From positions 1-39,707 of IMG/VR virus record IMGVR_UViG_3300031953_000053: a stretch of DNA of 39,707 bases, one strand, 5' to 3'. The DNA is from a virus (taxonomy: Duplodnaviria > Caudoviricetes). The notes under the pieces were generated by a model, which was given only the letters and a program-made list of their open reading frames with translations, searched no databases and was not told the DNA's origin. Shown piece by piece: positions 27,432-36,329 of the stretch. The first letter of the stretch is position 1, and the number at the start of each line of letters is the position of its first letter. Position numbers and translations under genes: made by a program.

Positions 27432-27531
27432 TGCGCCCCGTGTTCATCATCCCAACACTGACCGTCGCAAGCATTGTGGTCGCGGTTGTGTTGTGGCGGC
27501 TCATCTATGTGTCGTTTCAGGTCGTGGGGTC

Positions 27532-27897
27532 GTGAGTGTCCCGAAGCCGGCGTTCACAAAGGAGTTCAACGCGAGAGCCAAACAGATCATCCGCACACGC
27601 TCTGGTGATCGCTGTGAGGGCTGCAATGAGCGCCCCGCAACACAGTTCCATCACCGTAAATATAAGTCGCGTGGTGGTTGGGGTAATCCGGCTAACGGGT
27701 TCCATGTGTGTGGGTTCGGTAACGCTGCTGGCTGTCACGGGATCGCACACACAGGTGTGGGCGCTGAACGGGGTTGGTCGGTGAGTTCGGGTATGAATCC
27801 GGCTGAGCAACCAGTCATGCACGCCGCACTGGGTCTTGTCCTTCTGGATGATGACGGCGGCTTTGAAATCACTACAGGGAAAGGATGGGCTTACTGA
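27532..27897 (+). CDS. HNH-family nuclease
   Basis: CEGC...HHRK.KSRGG....N...VC......GCH. Confidence 0.75.
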   Translation: MSVPKPAFTKEFNARAKQIIRTRSGDRCEGCNERPATQFHHRKYKSRGGWGNPANGFHVCGFGNAAGCHGIAHTGVGAERGWSVSSGMNPAEQPVMHAALGLVLLDDDGGFEITTGKGWAY

Positions 27898-28670
27898 TGG
27901 AACCGTATTACCAAGATGATTTAGTGACGTTGTATCACGGTGACTGTCTCGAACTGTCAGATTTGTGGACTGTTGCGGATGTGCTGGTTACTGATCCGCC
28001 GTATGGTACGCAGTTCTCGGAAGCGAATAGTAAGGGTGGCTATGGTCGGCGGCAGAACGCTGCTGGCAATTCACGCCACGCGAGCACGAGAGAGAACGCT
28101 TCAACCGAGGGGTTCACGATTGCTAATGACGGAGATACAAAAACGCGCGATGCGGCCTTAACGCTGTGGGGCGACAAGCCCGCCCTGGTGTTCGGTTCGC
28201 CTCGTTTACCTGACCCGCCCGGAAATTGGGCAGACAGGCTCGTGTGGGATAAGAAGCGACCGGGCATGAACGGTGGCCCGTGGCGTTACCGTCACGAATC
28301 AATCTATGTGACGGCGGGTTTCGTGCGTGTCTCGGATGCGTCCACGTCGATCTTGACGGCGTTCCCCGAACAGGCTGACCATATCCACGGTAAGCCACTC
28401 GCGCTCATGCAAACCCTTGTCGAGACCGCACCGCCCGGACTGATTGCAGACCCGTTCGCCGGTAGCTGCACAACTCTTGTCGCTGCACACAATCTCGGCA
28501 GACAAGCAATCGGTGTGGAACTTGACGAACGCTATTGCGAACTTTTGGCGAAGCTCCTCTCGCAAGGAACGTTCGACTTTTCGCCGCGCTCACACCCGAT
28601 GCATTCCGAGGTTCGTTCGTCCGGCTGGTCTGGAACCGAACAACCATTCGACTTCGAAGGGATTGCCTAA
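27897..28670 (+). CDS. N4/N6 DNA methyltransferase
   Basis: LYHGDC, TDPPYG, H..KP..LM, DPFAGS.TT and IGVELDE.Y motifs. Confidence 0.9.
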   Translation: MEPYYQDDLVTLYHGDCLELSDLWTVADVLVTDPPYGTQFSEANSKGGYGRRQNAAGNSRHASTRENASTEGFTIANDGDTKTRDAALTLWGDKPALVFGSPRLPDPPGNWADRLVWDKKRPGMNGGPWRYRHESIYVTAGFVRVSDASTSILTAFPEQADHIHGKPLALMQTLVETAPPGLIADPFAGSCTTLVAAHNLGRQAIGVELDERYCELLAKLLSQGTFDFSPRSHPMHSEVRSSGWSGTEQPFDFEGIA

Positions 28671-29458
28671 TGGCGAGAATCCGAACTATAAAGCCACACT
28701 TTTTCCGCTCATACGATGTCGTCGCGCTCAGCTATCGGGCACGGCTTACATGGATCGGTTTGTGGACATATGTGGACGATGAGGGGCGCGGTCGTGATGA
28801 CGCACGAATCATCAAAGGGGAGCTGTGGGCACTCGAAGATGATGTCACTTGGAAGGACGTTCAGGGAGACCTCACGGAGCTATCACGGAGCGCTCATGTA
28901 ACCAGATACACCGTTGATGGACGCGATTATTTGGCTATTCCGACGTGGGATGAGCACCAAGTTATCTCGCGTCCAACAAAGTCGAAGTTTCCGGCCCCGA
29001 CCCCAGCAAACATAAGGGATCGGGAGGGTATCACGGAGGACTCACGGAGTACTCACGGAGTCAACAGTGCAGGAAAGGGAACAGGGAACAGGGAAAGGGA
29101 ACAGGGAAGTGGAAAGGGAACTGTCGCGATCGCGACGGATTCTTTCAAAACATTCTGGGATCTCTGGCCTCGAAGTGAAGGCAAAGCTGATGCGGTCAAA
29201 GCATGGGCTAAAGCGACTCGCAAAGAATCCCCTGAACTCATCCTTGCTGCCGTTGCTGTGTATGTGAATCATCCGCACCGACCCGCGAAACAGTTCGTGC
29301 CTCATGCGAGTACATGGCTGAACGGTGAACGGTGGAACGACGGCGAACCCACAGCGGCAGAGAACACACGCCCGTCGAAGTCTGACCAGATCGTGGACGT
29401 GCTCGAACAGGGCAAGCGGCTGGACGCCGAAGAGGAAAGGAAGGCGATCAGCTCATGA
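28670..29458 (+). CDS. replication initiator protein
   Basis: MARIRTIKP.FF...GLW.YVDDEGRG; FW..WPR..K..A.KAW; ASTWLN.ERW.D. Confidence 0.8.
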   Translation: MARIRTIKPHFFRSYDVVALSYRARLTWIGLWTYVDDEGRGRDDARIIKGELWALEDDVTWKDVQGDLTELSRSAHVTRYTVDGRDYLAIPTWDEHQVISRPTKSKFPAPTPANIRDREGITEDSRSTHGVNSAGKGTGNREREQGSGKGTVAIATDSFKTFWDLWPRSEGKADAVKAWAKATRKESPELILAAVAVYVNHPHRPAKQFVPHASTWLNGERWNDGEPTAAENTRPSKSDQIVDVLEQGKRLDAEEERKAISS

Positions 29459-29814
29459 ACTATCAAGAAGTGTCTGCCGTCCTGGCGAAAATCAAATTAG
29501 GCGATAACAGGCAGATCGATGACAAGGGTTTGGTGTTGCGTGACTGGTTCGACTCGATTGGTGATCTGAACTATTCGGATGCGATTGCGGCTGTGGTTTT
29601 GCATCGTCGTGAGTCCACCGAGTATCTGATGCCCGCCCATATTCGTGTGGGTGCTAAGCGTGCTCGTGAGTCCAGGGAGCGTGAGGAACGTAAACGACGT
29701 CCGGCTATTGAGCATGTTCCGATCACGTTGGACAGGGAACGGTTTGAGGCTGAGACACAAACGGCGATCGAAGCACACCGAGCAGCGAAGGAGCAAGCAA
29801 ATGGCGATGCGTGA
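29455..29814 (+). CDS. putative helicase loader-like protein
   Basis: Follows initiator; W...IGDL...DA..AV..H......LMPA pattern. Confidence 0.55.
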   Translation: MNYQEVSAVLAKIKLGDNRQIDDKGLVLRDWFDSIGDLNYSDAIAAVVLHRRESTEYLMPAHIRVGAKRARESREREERKRRPAIEHVPITLDRERFEAETQTAIEAHRAAKEQANGDA

Positions 29815-30142
29815 GATTAGTCCGGTTACGACGGTGACGGTGAAGGTTGCTGTCCCGGTCGAGTACTTCAAAGAGTTGCGTTCGATTGCGGATGGACGCG
29901 GCATCGAAGTAGGTGCCCTGTTGCTTGAGCGTGAACAAGCCGGGCCCAACAAAACGAAACCATTACCACGCAGCGACTACAACCCTGTTATCGGCGCCCA
30001 GATGTTGCGGCTACGTCAGATGAACCGGTCAGTGAATGAGATTGCTAACCAGTACGGGTTCACTCGTCCGAAGGTTCAGCGGTGGTTGTTGCGTGCTGAG
30101 GGTGAGTTGCGTGGTCGTTTGTTGGGGCGTGATGTCGCATGA
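29807..30142 (+). CDS. HTH DNA-binding protein
   Basis: RSVNEIANQYGFTRPKVQRWL. Confidence 0.6.
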   Translation: MREISPVTTVTVKVAVPVEYFKELRSIADGRGIEVGALLLEREQAGPNKTKPLPRSDYNPVIGAQMLRLRQMNRSVNEIANQYGFTRPKVQRWLLRAEGELRGRLLGRDVA

Positions 30143-30300
30143 CCGACTACTTGAAGGCACCGCATACACGTACCCGAATGATTGGCCCACCACGGCAACG
30201 GAAGCCGCGTGTGAAGCCGTATGTGTTCACGCCGAGGCAGTTGCAGATTGCGTTGGCGGCTAGGGATAAGCAGTTGAGCGAACAAGGAGAAAGCAAATGA
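30139..30300 (+). CDS. small basic hypothetical protein (53 aa)
   Basis: ATGA overlaps at both ends; absent from the ORF track. Confidence 0.5.
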   Translation: MTDYLKAPHTRTRMIGPPRQRKPRVKPYVFTPRQLQIALAARDKQLSEQGESK

Positions 30301-30560
30301 GCGAGATCAAGCAGCACGATATGTCGGAAGCCCTCGCTGCGCTAATGAAAGCGGGAGATGCCCGCTCATTGAAAGCAGTTAGCGAGTCAGCACGCGGGCG
30401 CGAACTCAAAAAGGTGGGCGCGGATCGCCAAGCGAAGCTAGCGCGAGATCACGCATGGTCGCTGCATAACCAAGCCGATGGTTTATGGGAAGCCGCTGCC
30501 ATTGTTCGCGAATTGCAGTACTCCGTTTCAGATTCATCAACAACCAAGGAAAACAACTAA
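30297..30560 (+). CDS. hypothetical protein
   Basis: AAGGAG RBS. Confidence 0.65.
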   Translation: MSEIKQHDMSEALAALMKAGDARSLKAVSESARGRELKKVGADRQAKLARDHAWSLHNQADGLWEAAAIVRELQYSVSDSSTTKENN

Positions 30561-30949
30561 TGGCAATTGTGCAGTTGAAAGAAGTAACCGTCACCCGATT
30601 GAACAACACCGGTAATGGTGTGAAGGTCACAGAGTCGAATGAGTCTGGCGGGAAAACGTACACGAAGCAGTTTACTTGCTGGTTCGATGAGCCGTCAGGT
30701 TTGATCGAGGGTGACATTGTTTCGCTGTCTGGTTTTCTTGGCGCGAAGGTTGGTGATCCGTGGACTGGTGATGATGGTCAGGAGCGGCGTTCGGTTGAGT
30801 TGTCCATCAACAAGCCGCGCATTGATACCGGAGCGTCCAGCAATGCAACTTCTAACGCGACAAACGAGGAACCGTGGACTAAGACCGCACCTGTCCAAAC
30901 GGACGTCGAAACAAACGGTTTCTCTTTTGAAGGGGCGGCACCGTTTTGA
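30560..30949 (+). CDS. ssb: single-stranded DNA-binding protein
   Basis: OB-fold-like (GDIVSLSG.L...W..DDGQERRS.EL) with acidic tail ending APF. Confidence 0.75.
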   Translation: MAIVQLKEVTVTRLNNTGNGVKVTESNESGGKTYTKQFTCWFDEPSGLIEGDIVSLSGFLGAKVGDPWTGDDGQERRSVELSINKPRIDTGASSNATSNATNEEPWTKTAPVQTDVETNGFSFEGAAPF

Positions 30950-31206
30950 GCACGCTAACAATTCATGGCGCGTGCGGTAAGTCGTGGAAGCAACGCGGGA
31001 ATCGTACCGGGCATTGCGCAGCCTGTCACGAGACGTTTGAGGGATTGGCCCTATTCGACTCCCACCAGCGTCTAATCCCTGATGGTAAGCCAGTCTGTGC
31101 CGATCCAGCGGCTATGACGTACCAGGGAAAACCGCTGCGGCTCGTGAACGGCACGTGGCGCGGCCCCGAAATGCCCAAGGGCGTCGTATTCGGAAAGGCC
31201 ACCTGA
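30946..31206 (+). CDS. zinc-binding protein
   Basis: HCAACHETF....FDSH...C.DP. Confidence 0.65.
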   Translation: MSTLTIHGACGKSWKQRGNRTGHCAACHETFEGLALFDSHQRLIPDGKPVCADPAAMTYQGKPLRLVNGTWRGPEMPKGVVFGKAT

Positions 31207-31376
31207 TGGCTGAGTCAAGATCCCCCATCGGTCATATCCGTAACGCATGGAACCCAACAGCCACAGATGAGGTCGAACCGACTCGTTGCTGTGCTCGTTG
31301 TCGTACTCCGTACAACTGCGGTAACACAATTTGCCACTGTCACCCGAACGATGAGATTGGAAAGAACGATGTCTGA
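31206..31376 (+). CDS. small Cys-rich protein
   Basis: GAAAGG RBS; CC..C...C...CHC. Confidence 0.5.
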   Translation: MAESRSPIGHIRNAWNPTATDEVEPTRCCARCRTPYNCGNTICHCHPNDEIGKNDV

Positions 31377-31851
31377 TGTTTCTATCACCGACCTGATAGC
31401 GCGGTTGCGGTATCAATACAATTCCTCGAATCCGCTAGCAGGTGCTAATGCATCTGTGGTAATGAGTGCCGCGGCGGATTCTCTCGAAGCTGCTGAGCGT
31501 GATGCGCAACAGGCTGAGGATCAGGCAAACAATCTTGCTGGGGATGTGGTGCAGCTAGAACAAAAGTTGGCTGCTTTGGAGGCTATCACCGTACCGACCG
31601 AGAAACCGCCAGTGCACAATCACGGCACCGAGGAGGGACGTGGTCTTGCGTGTCCTGAGTCTGTTGTTGGTGGGTTCTTGCGGGGTGCGTGCGTTCTCGC
31701 AGCAGAGCAGACTCACCCGTTCTCGCAGTCGCCACATATGGCGGCGAAGTATTGGGCTGAGTTGGTGAGGGCGCGAAACCGGATTGCAGAGTTGGAAGCT
31801 GCGGCTGTCCCGGTTGCCCCTGATGATGTTACGGAAGGCGGCACCCAGTGA
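31369..31851 (+). CDS. hypothetical coiled-coil protein
   Basis: DLIARLR...AADSLE; overlaps neighbours. Confidence 0.6.
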   Translation: MSDVSITDLIARLRYQYNSSNPLAGANASVVMSAAADSLEAAERDAQQAEDQANNLAGDVVQLEQKLAALEAITVPTEKPPVHNHGTEEGRGLACPESVVGGFLRGACVLAAEQTHPFSQSPHMAAKYWAELVRARNRIAELEAAAVPVAPDDVTEGGTQ

Positions 31852-32042
31852 GGGCTAAGTATGCACGGCAGATTAGGCGGGGGATTCTTCGGGCCAATGG
31901 CGACATTGCTAAAAATCCTATCTTTATGCCACTAACCACGAAGCTCGAAAAGTATTCATACGAGCAACGTATCGACCGAGAACACGAGCAATGGCAGCAA
32001 GAAGTTATCAACTCCATCGTTTCGAAAGGCGGCTGGCAATGA
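31848..32042 (+). CDS. hypothetical protein
   Basis: GTGA-coupled. Confidence 0.55.
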   Translation: MRAKYARQIRRGILRANGDIAKNPIFMPLTTKLEKYSYEQRIDREHEQWQQEVINSIVSKGGWQ

Positions 32043-32779
32043 CTGACCAGGTAACAGATAAAACTATCTGTGTCCGAAAGTGTGCATGGCCTGCTTTCGA
32101 GACAGAACCGTCACGTCCGAAAGCAGCCACACACGGAACACTCTGTGATGCCTGCTATTTGCGCATGAAGGAAGCACTCAGGCTGATCCCTGAACTCATT
32201 TTGAACATGCGGTCACAAGTTGTGCCGGCAGCAAGTTTTGAGCTCACTGAGAGAGTCCAGGGTGGTGGTGATGGTGCACCTGTTCCGTTGAATGTTGGTG
32301 CGGTGGATTCTGCTGATGCGTTGTTTGCGAAGGTTGCGTCATGGGTGAGTGCGTTTGCGGAGGAGTTGACTATTCCGCAACCGTCGATTCGGGCGTACAT
32401 GGTCAATAACGAGATCCAGGGGTTGCGTGCTTTGGCACCTATCCCGGCTTCGGAGTTGACGGCACAGCTCACAAAATGGCTTGCACGCCATATTGACCAG
32501 ATCGCCGCATCCAGAACGGCGGCAACGTTCCATGATGACATTTGGGAAGGGTGGGAAGATTCGCCCGGAGTCGTCAAGTTGTTGGGGCGGTATGGCAGTG
32601 AGGGTCGCAAGCCGCGTGATGCACAGAAGCGCGGGTGCCCGATTTGCGGGAAGCGTGAAGTGTTCGCTGCACGTCCGTCACTTCTCAACAATGATCCGAT
32701 GGTGCTGTGTGGCCTGTGTGGGTGGTTGGCGAACATGGAGAAGTTTCCGGACGCTAAAGAAATGTTCGAGAGCGCATGA
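32039..32779 (+). CDS. zinc-finger protein, possible transcriptional regulator
   Basis: C...C, CDAC, CPIC and CGLC; at the end of the early operon. Confidence 0.6.
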   Translation: MTDQVTDKTICVRKCAWPAFETEPSRPKAATHGTLCDACYLRMKEALRLIPELILNMRSQVVPAASFELTERVQGGGDGAPVPLNVGAVDSADALFAKVASWVSAFAEELTIPQPSIRAYMVNNEIQGLRALAPIPASELTAQLTKWLARHIDQIAASRTAATFHDDIWEGWEDSPGVVKLLGRYGSEGRKPRDAQKRGCPICGKREVFAARPSLLNNDPMVLCGLCGWLANMEKFPDAKEMFESA

Positions 32780-33000
32780 CTGCTAGACACGAAGTTCAGT
32801 CAGTCACCGATGACAGGGTGTGGTGGAGCGTAGACAAGGCAGCACTCCACCTCGGATGTCCGAGGGCAACCATTTTGCGGTACATCCGTGAGGGGTTGCC
32901 GATTCGCGCCGGTCTGATCCACCGTGACGAGCTATTGGCTGACTTTCGTGCCCGCAAAATTCGGCAGCACGAAAGTCTTATGAAACGCCGTACTCAATAG
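32776..33000 (+). CDS. HTH DNA-binding protein
   Basis: SVDKAALHLGCPRATILRYIREGL. Confidence 0.7.
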   Translation: MTARHEVQSVTDDRVWWSVDKAALHLGCPRATILRYIREGLPIRAGLIHRDELLADFRARKIRQHESLMKRRTQ

Positions 33001-33001
33001 A

Positions 33002-33072
33002 TTGCAGGTCTGTTTTTTCTGTAGTAAGCTTTGCTTAAGCACTCATACACCCTTTCGGGAATGGGTGTTTTC
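33002..33072 (+). promoter_or_regulatory. candidate promoter and hairpin
   Basis: TTGCAG-17-TAAGCT followed by ACACCC/GGGTGT stem. Confidence 0.5.
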
Positions 33073-33154
33073 GTGTCTAGGCTTATATGCCCCCGGTAAG
33101 AGCATCAACTCTCGCCGGGGGCTAACCAGAACCCCTAATGAAGTAGGAGATTCA

Positions 33155-33649
33155 ATGGCTACCCAGCAGCATACCCGCAAACCCGCCCCGCACGGAATGA
33201 CCTTGCGTGACCGTATCGACCTGTACACCAATAAGACCGGCGACTGCTGGCTATGGACCGCAGCAAAGAGCAGCGCCGGCTACGGGTATATCAATGTCGG
33301 CGGGAAGACCATGAAAGCACATCGAGTCGCCTACGAGCTTGCCTTCGGCACGATCCCAAGCGGCTTGCATGTCGATCACACCTGCCACACGCGGTCGTGC
33401 GTTAACCCGGAGCATCTGCGAACAGTCACCAATAAGCAGAACCAAGAGAATAGAACTGGCGCGCGCGCCAACTCTAAATCGGGCGTCCGCGGTGTTTCAT
33501 GGTATGCCGCAAGAAAAAAATGGGAAGCTCAGGTTCAGCACAACGGGCGGAACATCCATCTCGGTAGGTACGCCACCATTGCAGAGGCCGAATCCGCAGC
33601 AATTGCGAAACGGCTAGAACTCTTCACACATAACGACACCGACAGATAA
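33155..33649 (+). CDS. HNH endonuclease with AP2-like domain (paralog of 18134-18751)
   Basis: CWLW, AHRVAY, DHTC..RSCVNPEHL, NSKSGVRGV. Confidence 0.9.
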   Translation: MATQQHTRKPAPHGMTLRDRIDLYTNKTGDCWLWTAAKSSAGYGYINVGGKTMKAHRVAYELAFGTIPSGLHVDHTCHTRSCVNPEHLRTVTNKQNQENRTGARANSKSGVRGVSWYAARKKWEAQVQHNGRNIHLGRYATIAEAESAAIAKRLELFTHNDTDR

Positions 33650-33654
33650 TGATG

Positions 33655-33992
33655 CTGTCGGCATAAGCTTCGGCGCTACACTCCAGATAATCACGCGACT
33701 TTCAGTGTGGCTGGTTAGTTTTCAGTGCCGATCAAATCCTCGCTACCGAGGGCACGGCTAGTCCGTGAAAGCGCACAGTTACTCGCTGTCATTGAAGGTC
33801 TGTCTCACCTAAGAACGCGCAACGAGACATCCGGTGGCATCGTCCCTATTGACGAGAAGCGCCAATTCCGAGAGCTGGCATGCATTAACTAGACGGTGCC
33901 TTCGCGCGCTGCAAGCCTCTGCCAGCTTCTCGTGAACCCAAAAACGTTACGGGTGCGGTGCGGGGTGTTGCGTCCCCTGCACTGCGCCACCA
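33655..33992 (+). ncRNA. candidate structured non-coding RNA
   Basis: At least seven stems; last stem has G-U pairs and is followed by ACCA; no plus-strand ORF in the track. Confidence 0.45.
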
Positions 33993-34007
33993 AACCGGGA
34001 GCAAGTG

Positions 34008-34136
34008 ATGACTGAGTACCCCGAACATCAACAAGTCGTAGATGCCGCAAACAGTATCCGCGCAAAGATTTCCGTCGTAGCCCGTGAAGCCGTCGAACGG
34101 ATGCTCGCAAAACATGAAAACGAGACCAACGAGTAA
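34008..34136 (+). CDS. small hypothetical protein (42 aa)
   Basis: GGGAG RBS; MTEYPEHQQVVDAANSIRAKISVVAREAVERMLAKHENETNE. Confidence 0.5.
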   Translation: MTEYPEHQQVVDAANSIRAKISVVAREAVERMLAKHENETNE

Positions 34137-34151
34137 CACGGAGGTAAGACC

Positions 34152-34379
34152 GTGACGAAACTTTCAGATCAGTTAGACGCAATACGCAAACCTGCAAGAC
34201 CAACACTTCGCCAATGGCTCGAAACTTTAGACAGTGCCGACCGTGCAGCAATGATCAACGCTGCAACCGATACTGACTTCAGTACAGCAACTCTGACCAC
34301 GTTCTTCAAAGAAAAAGGCGTAGCAACGTCGAAGGACACGGTTAGCGTTTGGAGAAGTGATCATGGGTTCACTCGCTAA
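34152..34379 (+). CDS. hypothetical protein (partner of phosphoesterase)
   Basis: GGAGG RBS; overlaps next gene. Confidence 0.65.
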   Translation: MTKLSDQLDAIRKPARPTLRQWLETLDSADRAAMINAATDTDFSTATLTTFFKEKGVATSKDTVSVWRSDHGFTR

Positions 34380-35520
34380 CGAACTGAGCGGCAGGAAGCC
34401 CGCTCAACAGTTGGGATCGGCAAAAGACACCGGCCCCGACACCGGAGAGTTCGAGGGCATCCAGAGTGATGCACCGATTAGCGATTGGGATGCAGTCTTT
34501 CGCCAGTTCAACTTAGACCCCGAAATTTTTGAGGTCGTCAAAGACACCGTGCGAATGTCCCGGTGGCAGCAGTCGAAGGCGCAGGAGAACGGTGACCGCG
34601 ATGTCGTCACCCTCTACTCCACACGCGCACAGTTTCGGCGCAAGAAGACTGAACTTGACCTGCCAGCACTTTATGCGGCAGGCAAGGCACGACCTCGCGC
34701 ACGGGTAAAGACAACCCCAACCGAACGTGCCACCGTTGCAGTCCTGGCAGATCCCCAAATCGGGAAAACCGGGCGTCGTGGCGGCACCCCTGAACTTCTC
34801 GATCGTATGGCCGAGAAGCGGGAGAAGCTAGACGCACTACTGAAGAAGCGTAAGCCGTCTATCTTTGGCCTGCTCGATGCGGGTGATGGCTTTGAGGCTT
34901 TCGAGTCCGGTGGTAATCCTATGTTCACCAACGACCTATCGTTGGGGCAACAGATGGATTGCTACGGTACAGAGCTGTACTCAATCGTGGAGGTCGGTCA
35001 CCGTCACGCACCCGTTGTGGGTGGTGGTGTTCCGTCGAATCACACTGCATGGCGTAATGGCCGGCAGAACTTGGGCAACCCACAAGATGACCTTGGGATG
35101 CACGTCCAAACACAGATGTTGAAAGTGGCTAAGGCTGCAAAGCTGGATGTCACATGGAGTTTCCCTGCCGCTTATGACGAATCGGTGGCGGTGAAGTTCT
35201 ACGACACTGTTGTGGGGATGGTTCACGGCAACCAGTTCGGCCCCGGTGGGGCTGTGACGTGGTGGGAGAAGCAAACGTTCGGCGCACAAGCTATCACTGC
35301 CGCCGACTTGCTCATCACCGGTCACTATCACACGTTTGGTGCGGGTGTGGCTGGGCGCAACCGGGATACTGGCGTTCAGCGCTGGTGGCTAGGGGCTCCC
35401 ACGCTCGACAACGGTTCTGACTGGTTCAGGAACCTTGGCGGGCGTGACTCAGATCCAGGGATGTTGGTGTTTGACATCACACCCGAGGGATTCGATTTGC
35501 AGTCGCTGACGATTCTTTAG
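34363..35520 (+). CDS. calcineurin-like metallophosphoesterase
   Basis: ADPQIG, AGD, PSNH, VHG and TGHYH motifs. Confidence 0.8.
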   Translation: MGSLANELSGRKPAQQLGSAKDTGPDTGEFEGIQSDAPISDWDAVFRQFNLDPEIFEVVKDTVRMSRWQQSKAQENGDRDVVTLYSTRAQFRRKKTELDLPALYAAGKARPRARVKTTPTERATVAVLADPQIGKTGRRGGTPELLDRMAEKREKLDALLKKRKPSIFGLLDAGDGFEAFESGGNPMFTNDLSLGQQMDCYGTELYSIVEVGHRHAPVVGGGVPSNHTAWRNGRQNLGNPQDDLGMHVQTQMLKVAKAAKLDVTWSFPAAYDESVAVKFYDTVVGMVHGNQFGPGGAVTWWEKQTFGAQAITAADLLITGHYHTFGAGVAGRNRDTGVQRWWLGAPTLDNGSDWFRNLGGRDSDPGMLVFDITPEGFDLQSLTIL

Positions 35521-35529
35521 CCACCTGTT

Positions 35530-35655
35530 ACGACGGGTCGGTAGTGGGGTGTGGCATCCGGGCTGGACAGTCCGAGCCACACCCTGCGTAATCCGCAGTT
35601 CAACCCGTGCGTATTCCGCAAGTGCTGAGACCTGATTCGGCAGTATCAAGGCAAG
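35530..35655 (+). ncRNA. candidate structured RNA (multi-way junction)
   Basis: ACGGGT/ACCCGT encloses GGGTGTGGC/GCCACACCC and CTGCG/CGCAG stems. Confidence 0.4.
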
Positions 35656-35664
35656 GAGACTGAT

Positions 35665-35922
35665 ATGAGCGAACCTATCGAAATTGGGATGCTGTGCTAC
35701 AAGAGCGGCGGGCATAGTGCATTCCGGGGCGAGATCGACTACGGAGTTTGCGGGAGCAAAGGCGTGGGCGCTTTCACACTTTCACTGAATGTTGAAAGTG
35801 GCTCGTTCGATGAAAGTGAACTGCTGAAAGACGCTGCGGAATACATTGCTGAAGCGATCAAGTTCTACGACGAAGCCCGCGAGAAAAAGATGTGGGACGA
35901 GTACGAGGCAAGCGGACCCTGA
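35665..35922 (+). CDS. hypothetical protein
   Basis: AAGGAG RBS. Confidence 0.65.
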   Translation: MSEPIEIGMLCYKSGGHSAFRGEIDYGVCGSKGVGAFTLSLNVESGSFDESELLKDAAEYIAEAIKFYDEAREKKMWDEYEASGP

Positions 35923-35923
35923 T

Positions 35924-36148
35924 ATGGGTAAACACGAGGCCGAAGAAGTCACGTTGCGGGTTGCCGATCGTTGTGATGCCAAAGAGTGCGGTGCGCAGGC
36001 ATACATTCGGGCAATCCTTTTCAGCGGCCTCGAGCTCCTTTTTTGCGCACACCATGGCGCCCAACACAAAGAGGCCATCGCGGATCATCTTCTGTGGTGG
36101 CAAGACGAAACATCCCGCCTAGCGGAGAAGAGAGTCGATGATGATTGA
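35924..36148 (+). CDS. small Cys/His protein of a common actinobacterial type
   Basis: DRCD...CGAQAY....LLFCAHH. Confidence 0.65.
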   Translation: MGKHEAEEVTLRVADRCDAKECGAQAYIRAILFSGLELLFCAHHGAQHKEAIADHLLWWQDETSRLAEKRVDDD

Positions 36149-36329
36149 GGACACTTACGAGTGGTTACCTGAACCCATCATTGTGCCGCGCCCTGTCCCG
36201 TTGGATAACTGGCAAGCTGACCCTTTCGTGATTGCCGCGAAAGAGCGTGAACTTGAAGAGCAGCAGGCGCTACAGGATTACACCCGTCATATCCGCAAGC
36301 AATTACGCGAAGCTGCGGATCGTGGATGA
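36138..36329 (+). CDS. hypothetical protein
   Basis: Overlapping chain of small ORFs. Confidence 0.5.
   Translation: MMIEDTYEWLPEPIIVPRPVPLDNWQADPFVIAAKERELEEQQALQDYTRHIRKQLREAADRG

Noticed and set aside
33940-33992. tRNA or tmRNA suggested by the CCACCA end
   Set aside because: No GTTCRA T loop and no cloverleaf; kept only as an unclassified structured RNA candidate
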